Below, piece after piece: positions 13,343 through 24,249 of a DNA stretch of 37,646 bases. The notes under the pieces are model-generated. The model made no database searches, was not told the DNA's origin, and was given only the letters and a program-made list of their open reading frames with translations. Location of the stretch: the NCBI GenBank assembly GCA_000697335.1, contig JNEM01009172.1:1-37646 (forward strand), given 5' to 3'. A program made the translations under genes and the position numbers. Position 1 is the stretch's first letter. Each line of letters begins with the position of its first letter. The DNA comes from Conidiobolus incongruus B7586 (lineage: Eukaryota).

Positions 13343-14242
13343 GATTAATATATTTAAGATATTATAATATAATTCAAGCTGATTTAATTATAGAAAACAA
13401 CGGTTGTAGTAAATTGATATTACACAAATTAAATATTTGAAATTTGATTCAAATATATATAATTTGAACGTTGGGTAGAGAATTGACCCAGTTTGAAAAC
13501 CTTTTTGTTTCACTAAAATTTTATTAAATTTTCACTGTTATTAGTGTCTATTAGCCACAAACTTCATAATATAAATGGTATCTAATAATGTTATTTAATA
13601 GAAGCCTGTCAATTCAAAATCTTCACTTTTATGAAATTATCCATTATCCCTAAAGTCGATTTTGCGCGAATTGAGGCTCAAATTAAAGAAATTATAACAT
13701 ATATTTTCACTAAATTATGATTAATAACAAAATGAAAACATATTTAATAAATTTTTTTACTAGTCATCAAATAATCATAATATTTAGTATAAAAGCTAGA
13801 TGATGAATTGAGAAACTCGTTACGTCAATATTTCCAATGAAGAAATAGAGTTGGCAATATGATTTTCAGGTACACTTTATTGATAGAGCCTAATAAATTG
13901 GGGAAAGTTTAGAGGATTGAAAAATGATAATTGATAAACACACGAAAACGTAAGAGAAAAAGTTTAGGAATATAATTTGTCAGGTAACCTGATATTGGCC
14001 TTTGATTTCTCTTTTAGAGTGATTGATGGCTGTCAAAAAAACTAAATCATATTGATGAATAAACTTGTGTGACCTTAAATAAAAATATAATTGTTAGGAA
14101 TATAATGACTAAAACTATAAAATAATACTTCATTAATAAAAAATAGTGATATAATCTTTGATGCACACAATATAAGGTAAAATGTCAAATAATATGTTAT
14201 CAAATTTATCCTTTAATACTTGTCCATTATTTCAATGAATAT

Positions 14243-14762
14243 TGTTGCCAAGTGCTCGGCAATGCTGACCAGGATCAAGGACGTCAGATCTCTGATTCCA
14301 GGAACGGTTAGTACGTCCAGGAGAAGGCGGACCAGATGAGACACATCTGTAATTAGCTGAGTGCCAAGTATGGTGCATAAATTGGGTGTATATGCCACTG
14401 GGCGAGAGTCGACGCTGACTAACAGGTCTGAGTTCAGCTTGACCAAATAATTCAAATAAATAAATGAATTTGAATAATTTAGTCTTTAATAATGTTTATT
14501 TATTGAAATATTAAATCAAAGCCGTGGCTGGAGTGCCTAGCGTCGGGTTTGATTCTACCATGAAACCTCTATCTTGCATCCGCGATAGCTTATGCCCTTT
14601 TATTGGGATTACTAAGTTCACCGCTGCAATCGTCCGCGTTAGTCGCACAATGCGAGTATCCAGGAGAGCAAGATTCATAATGGTTCCCGTCAACTGGTTT
14701 TAATAGAGGGTTTTCATTATCTTTTAGTGATTCGACTGGTTGCCGAGTTGACAACCCTGACA
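14243..14762. mobile_element. Putative solo LTR (about 520 bp)
   Basis: Two GC-rich halves around an AT-rich core with AATAAA-type signals. Starts TGTTG, ends TGACA. Same layout as 22195-22656. TSD is imperfect (AATAT/ATTAC), so the left end is uncertain. Confidence 0.55.
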
Positions 14763-15499
14763 ATTACTTTGTAATCAAAATACTCTCATTCATTCTTACA
14801 CTAATTTTTGCATTTTTCATTTAAGTTTCATAAATTGAAAACTCAATATAACAAAAAAGCTAAACTAAAAAGATGGAAATGTTTACAATTGTAATTGGCA
14901 GATATCCATAGAAATCTCAAATTTGTAATTAATAATTGGACCAAATTTGAAATCTGAATATGATAGAATCAGGATAGAGTTCATACACCAAAAAATATTA
15001 ATAATGAGGTTTTTTTAATCTATAAATATTTATATTGGCTAATGACTCAATTTGTTATGTTACTTTTGTTTTGCTCATATATCTGATAATGTATCTAGCT
15101 AGGGCAATTAATCAAGTAATAAAAAATAATATTGAAAATAATAATTTAAAAATAATTCATGATAAAATCATTGTATCAAAGAAGTTATTTCAAAACTAAA
15201 TCTATCTATACATCCTATTTTGGCGAATTAATATAACAGAAAAGATTACTTTATCAAATGTAGTACATAAATTATAAACACATTTTACTAATACAGATGT
15301 ATATTTGATAATAATTTTTTACAAAATCGGAATTCATCAAAATCTATAGAATAAAATAGCCTTATTAAGGCTTAAAACCATTAATATTTATTTTCTTTAT
15401 TCAATAAACTTTAATATAAAATGTAGTAAATCTCTTATGAAATATTGAATTTATATTATATAATAATAAAGATCATAATCATGAAACGATTTACAATAT

Positions 15500-16360
15500 C
15501 TTATAAATTTTATGAAGTGTTGGTTGATTTTTTGAATTACAACTAATATAGTTAACAATTTAAAATTACTGAGCTAATAAATAATAGAGCAGATAAATTT
15601 TTCATCAAATATTTACTTTTTGAACCTGTACTCATTTTATAAATTTAATAATATACTTTTCCTGAATACTAAACCATTTAAGAAATGAGGAAAAAAGGAA
15701 TATTTAAAATAGTTATTCTACATTCTCCGTAAAAATTATATTTATCATAATTCGGATCTAATTATCTGAGATACTCTTTACATGAAAATGCTATGATAGC
15801 CAAATAGGACAATATAATCAATAGATATGTCAAAATCGTAGTAATGATAATAGCAATATAAACGGCTTTAGACTTTGGCCAAATTTTGGGAATACAATAT
15901 TATTCTATTGAAGAGAACTCATATTGGTCTATATTTATATTATAGATAATAGATCCTTATATCATAAAAAACAAAATTGCCCAAAATAACCAAAATGTAA
16001 TATGAAATCTCAAATTAAATACAATTTATAGAGTTAGTTTGTAACTCAAATTACCAAAGATATACCCAAAATCAACTAAAAGTTATTTGCACCCAAATCG
16101 ATAACACAACAAGATGAATGTACCGCAAACATATTATATAGATATTTTAAAAATTTTAACTGAAATAATAAACAATCACTGTCAATACAATTGCTTAATA
16201 CCACTCTGACAACTTTAGTAATATCAGCGTGAAAACTTTGTTAATTCTCCTTTCTATAATATACATAGGAGAGGATGAAAACAATCAGATTCTGATTGAA
16301 ATCGCAAGAAATATAGTTCTTATAGTTGACATAAATACACAGTGTCGCTTGCGTTCGATT
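15500..16360 (-). pseudogene. Decayed paralog of the 12422-13342 7TM receptor (ends approximate)
   Basis: Minus strand around 15605-15670 reads YSGKVYY*IYKMSTGSKSKYLM versus YSGKIYCWIYELSTGTRRTWMM. Further matches in the FSCK region (about 15775-15800) and the WC region (about 16085-16105). Confidence 0.75.
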
Positions 16361-17378
16361 GTCTCTCAATTAGTATATTATTTATTTGTATTTGTATATA
16401 TGGAAAATATTTTAAAAGATTAACATCTATAAAATCATTTTTAATTATTTTTACAAAATACAAATTAATGAAAAATTTCCTTATTTAAATTCTAATATTA
16501 TTTTTATATTTGGATTGAATTACATAATTGTAAAAAAGTTTTAAAATTTTGATTCAAAATATATTCTATAAATATATCATAAATTATCTAATTATAAATG
16601 TGTCAAGCATTTTAGAATACTAATTTTGGATTAATGTTTTAATACAGTTAAATGTTAGGTAATACTTTTTTCGAAATTGACAAGTTTTGTGGCTTGAGAA
16701 ATGGTTAATTATCATACCCTCAAAATAAACACTTTAATTATTTTTATTTGAAATTTTAGCCTTAGTCTTTGATACATAATAAATCTTTAAACCAAACTCT
16801 ATTGTTTTTCATAGTGATAATCTGAATATTAAAAAATTATTTTGAGTACAGAATTATGAATTATTTATATTTAACATATATTCGCAAACCCTTCAACCAA
16901 ATATAAATTGATTTCAAATCTTGATTACATTCGCAAAATCAGCGAGAGAATTATGGTATTTTGAATTAACAATAATTTATAATCGATTTTTTATTAAATA
17001 GAATATTTAATATTTTTTCAATTCAACCATATTGATATATAACTACAAACGATTTAGTGATTTTAAATATTGTAAAATAACCTTAATATAATAATTTAAT
17101 ATGTGGTATTTTAATTCTCAATTTCGTCGAGCAGTTTCAAATTAATATTCGATATTTTTCTCAATCCTTTAAACTTATTCAAATATGATTATATATCAAA
17201 TAAAATGAATTTTAATGATTTTGAAACGGGTTTACAAAATGTCTCAATTACTCAATAAAATTTATTTAGAATATGATTACTCATATTGAGAATATTCAAC
17301 CTTGATATAATAATTTATTAATAATATTTTTATTGTAATAGTGGTAATAATCATGATAAATCAATATTTACTAATCAC

Positions 17379-18292
17379 TTAATGATTAAATATATTTTTA
17401 AATTTTTTAAGAAGGTTGATAAATTCTTTTTTGATTTCGTTATTCATATATAGTACAGTGGAACAGTTTATAATTGCCGATGTACTATATAATAGCGTTT
17501 GAACATATTCCATCATCCATGTTCTTGTTGTTCCAGTAATGAATTCATAAATCCAACAATAAAGTTTACCTGAGTATATAATCATATATGGGATTAAAGA
17601 AAATAAAGATTTCAATACGATTGTTTGACATTCTCGGTACACTTTGGATTTATCCATATTCATATCTAATTGTTTAAGATATTGGTTACAGGAAAAAGCG
17701 ATGATGATAAGGTATGATAATATGGTCATTAGATAAGTGATAATAGTGGTGACCATTATAGTCATAAAATAGGATTTAGAATTTGGAGAGTGTTTCACTA
17801 TACACAATATTTCTACTTTAGATAATGTTAAATTACCGATTATACAATTATAGATCAGCATACTACATGGAATTAAGTATAACGTTATTTCCCAAAATAT
17901 CCAAAATAGAATATGGAATTTTATATTAAATACTATTAGTAATGCTCTTTGGACACTTAATATACTGAGTGCATAACCAGAGAAAACAAAAGTTAAATTA
18001 TGTGCTACAGCATCGTATGCACACCAGTTGAAGCTATCAGCAAATATATTGTACGAAGAACTTGTAAAAATAGCTCGAAATAGCAAACCACCACTAGCAA
18101 TACTATCAGATAGAACAACAATTACAGTTAAAATGATGTCAGTATGAGCTCGATTTTTAATTTTCTTTATCAGATAAAGAGTAATAGTGATGTAAAAAGC
18201 AAACCTCTAATTGAACAAACGAGGAATATGTTTCGTAGTAAGTTGATATATATCCCGGTAGGATCGTAAGGGTACACTGAATTATTGACAAT
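17379..18292 (-). pseudogene. Recently disabled 7TM receptor paralog (apparent 1-nt deletion near 18173, no in-frame ATG)
   Basis: Upstream frame NSVYPYDPTGIYINLLRNIFLVCSIRGLLFTSLLLFI* shifts to LIKKIKNRAHTDIILTVIVVLSDSIASGGLLFRAIF, which is open to the stop at 17379. It is colinear with 12422-13342. ATT sits where the start is expected, with an in-frame TGA just upstream. Confidence 0.8.
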
Positions 18293-19334
18293 TTTTTGTC
18301 AAGTTGGTCAGATATTATTGAAATTATTTCACATAAAATTAAGTAATTCTGTGACCTTAAAGCACCTTTTAAATATTTTAGGCAAAATCAATAAACTTTA
18401 ACTCTGTTTAATATTGGTTTAAATTACATTGACTCTAAAATTATGAGTTTCACTTTAAAATCTTCAAAATCTATAAAATTCGTCAAAAATTATTTTTTCA
18501 TTATTTATAATTACTAGATTGAGGTGTTTATATTTATCAAATTTTTATAACTGTTAAAAAATTACCTTGATATAATAATATTCTGATAGGTTGAAAAAAA
18601 TCCTGTTGATGCCATTGCACAGTAAACAATTTATCAATTGATTTTAAAATTCTTTAACAGACCAAGGTAATTTGAAAAATGAAGAATTGAGTAATGATAA
18701 TTAATAACCTTATTGAGTATCAAAAGAGATACATATGAATATAGTCTATTTGGGATATTCAAATATTGATTTATTGCTTCTTTTTGAGTTGTAGGATCTG
18801 TCAAACAGTAATCAAATCAAATTAATAAGAAATTTCGTGTGTTCTTGCATTGTATATTCGTATATTCAAAATATTACAAGGCAATTATAAAACATTATTG
18901 AGCTGAAAATAACAGAATGTTTTATATTTACCTTGAATAATTTGATTTAAGATATTTGAGAATATAGGATATATTATTGAAAATATTTTTCTAAACGGTA
19001 ATTTCGTATCGTAATTGATAGAAAAACAGGAATTTTATATCTTTTATTGTTGTGACATTAAAATTTAATCATAAATAAAAACTAACTACATTACTTGCAT
19101 TATGAAAAATTTTAATCCAGTTTTACTTTCAAGCTTATGAATTTATGGTTATTTTATTATCAATAATTAAAATTATATCAAAATATTGAACAGCAAAATT
19201 ATTATTAGTTTTTTGACTAATTTTCCCATTCAATTTAATCATTGTTGAAATACCAATTATATTGTTATTTATACTCAAATTTATCAAATTTTGAAAATTT
19301 TATATAATAAAATATAATTAATATAATTAATATA

Positions 19335-20656
19335 TTAGTGCAGAAATTAAATAATGGCATAATTTTAAGATTGAAATTAAACAAATAAATTAATAAATAA
19401 TATATAAAAATTAATGAATAATATTAAATTAATAGCCTCTTTTATTATTAATATCTCTTTTCTATACTTTTGATAAGCTTCTAATATTTAAAAAACAATT
19501 CTTTTTATTAAAGACTGAAATTTGATATTTCACAAACCAATTTAATTTGTTTACAGGAATTTTTTTCCTGCAAGCTATTTTTTTAATTGTCTAAAACAAT
19601 TATAATCATATAGGTTATAATCAAGTGAATATATTAGATGTGGTAACTCCCTCTAATTTTTTTTATATATAAAATCTTTTATAGCTTTAGCTTTATGTAT
19701 TTTATAATTATCATGCATAATAATAAGTGTCCTTAATTTATATTTAGAACATCATTTAAAAATTGTTTTATTTAAAAAAGTAATATATAACTTACTATTA
19801 ATTGATTTTTTTTGAGATATTAAATAAAAAAACTATATACCATTATAATCTATTTCAATAATTAATATTTATTTATATTTAAAATACTTATTTATTGGAA
19901 TTTATAAAGGGGATTGATTTAGCTTAACCTAATATCTTGTTTTATTTTTAGATAAAGAATTATATAAAGGAATTAAAGATTTATTAATTATAAGTATTTA
20001 CTATAAAAGCTTTTGTTTTTGGTTATACCTTAATAAGTTTAGTTTAGCTGTAGCTACTCTAGTTTTCTTATATGTTTTTGTTAAATTATAAGGTATCTAT
20101 TTTATATTTTTATTAATTAATCTAAGTTTAAACTTAAGTAAATATAATATTGTTATATAATTAATATTAAATTGCTTTAATAGTTCTCTAGCAAAAATAA
20201 AAAAGTATTTGTTAATATATTTTTTTTATTCTATTAATAAATAAATGATTAATAGTAGAAATTGGTCTTTTAAATTTTAATGAATTTTGAATAATATCTT
20301 TTCTAACTTTAAAATCACAAATCTAATGATATATGGTAATTTTAGATAAAGCACCATCTTTATAAATTATTTACAAGTTTTAGATAATTTTAAAGGGTTT
20401 ATGGTTAAGTTTTAAAGATACAAAAATAAAAGCCTTTTGATAATCATAATATAGTTTAAATATAATTAAATTTAAATGTAAATTTTAAATTCAAAATATT
20501 TTAATAAAAAAAATAATTCAAATTAAATATATATATAGAGTTTGAAAATATTTATTTTCCTATATATTATATATATATATATAATTTTTCAAAATGTATA
20601 ATATATTTGAAAAATCAGAAATTAAAAAATTTGCCATTTTTTAATTTCTATACTAA
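19335..20656 (-). mobile_element. Full-length (about 1.32 kb) hypermutated mariner DD34D transposon (copy A)
   Basis: Left end TA|TTAGTGCAGAAATTAAATAATGGCA, right end TGCCATTTTTTAATTTCTATACTAA|TA (imperfect TIR, TA target). Minus strand reads MHDNYKIHKAKAIKDFIYKKN*RELPHLIYSLDYNLYDYNCFRQLKK*LAGKK, with 34 residues between the 2nd and 3rd catalytic Asp. Confidence 0.85.
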
Positions 20657-20658
20657 TA

Positions 20659-21765
20659 ATCATTAAAAGTTTTTTATTTTGATATTAATAAAACTTAACT
20701 ATAAAACCTTTAAAATTAATTAAAAACTTTATAAGCAATTTTTAATAATAAAACATTATTTAAATTAACAATTTATTACTAGGTAAATTATTTTAAAGTT
20801 AAAGAGAAATTATTTAAAGCCTATTAAAATTTAAAAAACTAACTTCAATTATTACTTTTTTAACTATTAATAGAGTGGAAAAATATATTAAAAAATATCT
20901 TTTTATTTTAGTTAAATAATTATCTAAGTATTTTAATATTAGTTTTATTAGTATTTTATATATATTAAAGTTTAAACTTAAATTAATAAATAAACATATA
21001 AAATAAATACCTTATAATTTAACTAAAGCTTGAAAAAGTTATAATAGTTATTATTAAACAAAACTTACTAAAATATTATTAAAAGCTTAAACTTTTATAA
21101 TAAATTATTATCATTAATAAATCTTAAATCTTTATGTATAATTTTTTACTAAAACACAAATCAAAATATTAAATTAAATTAAATCAACCTTTTTTATAAA
21201 TCTTTTTAAATAAGTATTTTGTTAATAAACAAATGTTAATTATTATTATAAATTATAATGATATATGTTATTTTTATTTAATCTTTAAAGGAAAATTAAT
21301 TAATAGTAAATTTTATATTGTTTTTTTAAATAAAAGTATTTTTAATTAGTGTTTTTAATATAATTTAAGAAAACTTATTATTTTACATAATAATTATAAA
21401 ATACATAAATTTAAAGTTATAAAAAACTTTCTAATTAAAAATAACTAGAAAAAATTACTACATCTAATATACTCTTTAAATTATAACTTATATAATTATA
21501 ATTACTTTAAGTAATTAAAAAACTAGCTTATAAGAAAAAAATTTCTATAAGAAAATTTAATTAGTTTATAAAATATCAAATTTTAGTCTTTAATAAAAAG
21601 AATTATTTTTTAAGTGTTAAATCTTTATTAAAAGTATAGCAAAAAGCTATTAATAATAAAAACAACTATTAAATCTATATTATATATTTATTTTTATATA
21701 TCATATATTAAAATATTATTTATTTTTAATCACAAAAAATTCCCATTATTAAAAATGCAGAGTAA
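20659..21765 (+). mobile_element. 5'-truncated hypermutated mariner (copy B), head-to-head with copy A
   Basis: Reads K*IPYNLT (WVPHEL-like, about 21001-21024) and IILHNNYKIHK..N*KKLLHLIYSLNYNLYNYNYF (about 21375-21510). Ends CCCATTATTAAAAATGCAGAGTAA|TA. Confidence 0.8.
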
Positions 21766-22194
21766 TAACATTTTATCTTGATTTTAAATATTTAATTTTA
21801 AATATGAATTCTGATAAACAATGTAAAGGGGTTAGGAATTTACCATTATTTAGAATTATGTTTTTGAAAAAGATATTAATCATTAAAGCTATATTACTTT
21901 TATTTAGCTTTTAATAACTTATTAAAATAAAGATTCAAAATTATCAAACTTATTTTTTTACCCACTTTATATGAGTTAATTTCTTTAAATTTCAAACTAC
22001 GCTACTTAATTCATATAGAGATTAATAGGTTATTAAACACTATCATAAATATTTCATTAATAGTCAATATAATACTAAATTTATATTTTATAAATATTAG
22101 TTCAATTGGACTCAAAATGAGATAAAATTTTATATCTTGAAATATTAAACAAATTTTGGCAATACAGACCTAGTTTAACGTAGATTATTATTAT

Positions 22195-22656
22195 TGTAGT
22201 TGCCTCAAGTAACAACGACAGTCCGATTTCCACTACCTTTTTGACGAACGGAGTCTCCAAATAGGCGAGCACTTTTCCCACCATATGAGGAGCAGAAACT
22301 ACAAGCTGGGTAGCCAGACGAACCCTGAGTGCTTCACCGTATGGAGTTACTCTAGGATCTACTAGAGCTAAGTCAGATATTATGCCTGGATCTGTTTAAC
22401 CAAAATAAACTTGTTTCAAATTAAATAAATCGAACAACCGTCAGTTGCCTAATTTGATTGTAACCAATTTGTCATATTTTATTGGTGAACTTATGTAAGT
22501 TTTTATAGTCCTTAGAAGATTCATTCCTGACGGGGTCAGATGGATCTCATGCTAGTGGCTGTTCGGGACCAAGCAGGGGAACTCGCTCGATAGTATAGCC
22601 ACCTATTCGAGGAACACGTGAAAACTTAATATCGGTCAGTCACTTGGTTGGTGACA
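22195..22656. mobile_element. Solo LTR (462 bp) with 5-bp target-site duplication
   Basis: ATTAT|TGTAG...TGACA|ATTAT. GC-rich, CpG-containing halves around an AATAAA-containing core. The TSD is low-complexity, so a chance match is possible. Confidence 0.7.
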
Positions 22657-23304
22657 ATTATCATATATTTGGATGAATTTATATTTATATATATTAGTCT
22701 CTTGAACAGAGTGTCAATTTGATACCTAAATAGCCAATGAAATATCACCAAAGTCTATTTAAAACTTCAAATGTATTCAAATATTGTTTTAAAGAAGAAT
22801 TATATTATTAACAAATATAGATACCTATTAGCTCAGCTATTAATGAAAAAATATTTTCAGAGTACATGTATGGTTTTTCAAAACAGAAATTAAGTTGTAC
22901 TTTATTTATTTAGGCAATTACTTAAGTTGTATTTTAAAATCAATATTGCAGTTCAGATAATAATATATATAATTGATAGCACTGGCCATAACTCATAATA
23001 TATATCAAGTAATATATTTAATAATTCAATAAATATAGGATAAGCATTTAAAATTCCTCCATTATTTATAACACACTGTATTGAATTATTTATTAAACAA
23101 AATTACTCTAAATATAAAGGTTATTAAGCACTCAATCTAATTAATTGGTTTCCATGTTTTAATACCGTTTTTATAAGTTTTAATTATATTTCAATAATTT
23201 AAATGAGTAATTAATAAATTCATCATAATGATCAAGTTATTGTGATAATTAATTATTATTTATATTGAAATTTCAGTGGTTCAGAAATATAATATAGTAA
23301 TAGT

Positions 23305-24249
23305 TTATTGATGAAGAACTTTGTTAATTAATGATCGGCACTTAGCCTTACATTTGCATAGTAATATTAAAAACTCATTATTCACTTCAGGTTGAAACGA
23401 AATTGTAATCACAGGATTCAAAGCAATTGAAGCATGAACTAGCAAAACAACCATTGCGTCAACGATAGGAGGTCTTTTATAGCCTGTAATGAATTTCAAA
23501 ATGAAAGTAATATATGACAACATAAAAAAAGCGTTGTATATAATAAAAACTGTAACAATTTGGATCACCAACTTCTTTTTCTGGCTTTTTATCAATTTTA
23601 ATAAATCTTCATCAAGCTTGGATTCCGCTTCCTTTTTCACTTTGTTTAATTTACGATTCACTAATATAGCAATAACACAATAGCAAAAAGTTGTAATCCA
23701 ACAAGGTATTAGGTAGAAAAATGCAACTACAACTATCATGGTTAAGGAAAAATTATCCGTGCCTAAATATGGCTGACATTGGATATACGATGTAGATGGT
23801 CTCGAGTCGTTGACAACGGTCCCATATAAGTAGATAGCATTCATTGGCAAAGCGCCTAGGAATAGCATCAATAACCAGAATAAGATGCCCCTTTCAATAC
23901 GATGACAAATGATTAAATACCTCAAAATGGCTAAACAGGTCACTGTGACAATTTCAAATCTAGGAATCCACTGCATAACAAAACCATAGTACTGACATTG
24001 AAAAGTATTAACTTCCAAAAATTTGTGACCGTATATAAATTTAAACATACATAAAATAAACAGCTGTATACCATTATATATTTCAATTACACATAAAAAT
24101 AAGGTAAATTTAATCTCTGTAACTTTTAAATTACATTTTTTAGTTAATATATAAATTAATACACCATTTAATAGCAGCATAAACACCGCAAAAATAGTTA
24201 ATGCAGTACTAAATCCATAATTTATATATATCAGTTCATTTTCATTCAT
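23305..24249 (-). CDS. Intronless class-A (rhodopsin-like) 7TM receptor of a second subfamily, 314 aa from the first ATG
   Basis: Seven hydrophobic segments. TM1 LLLNG, QCQYYG, LAILRYLIIC (DRY-like), ECL2 YIQCQP, charged ICL3, TM7 ALNPVITISF. The ORF track start is a TTG; the first ATG is at 24249. Confidence 0.82.
   Translation of the reverse strand: MNENELIYINYGFSTALTIFAVFMLLLNGVLIYILTKKCNLKVTEIKFTLFLCVIEIYNGIQLFILCMFKFIYGHKFLEVNTFQCQYYGFVMQWIPRFEIVTVTCLAILRYLIICHRIERGILFWLLMLFLGALPMNAIYLYGTVVNDSRPSTSYIQCQPYLGTDNFSLTMIVVVAFFYLIPCWITTFCYCVIAILVNRKLNKVKKEAESKLDEDLLKLIKSQKKKLVIQIVTVFIIYNAFFMLSYITFILKFITGYKRPPIVDAMVVLLVHASIALNPVITISFQPEVNNEFLILLCKCKAKCRSLINKVLHQ

Noticed and set aside
14213..14693. 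ORFs 14213-14455 and 14511-14693, and similarly 22102-22284
   Set aside because: Short, motif-free, and they overlap LTR-like islands where higher GC lowers stop frequency.
13978..14762. Longer LTR starting at TGTCAGG (13978), matching the CCTGACA end
   Set aside because: 13978 lies inside the block shared with the paralog's upstream region, there is no TSD, and the GC shift starts near 14243.
23305..24249. The 7TM receptors as opsins
   Set aside because: The position matching the retinal-binding Lys (six residues before the TM7 Asn) is His here and Ser in the 12422-13342 protein.
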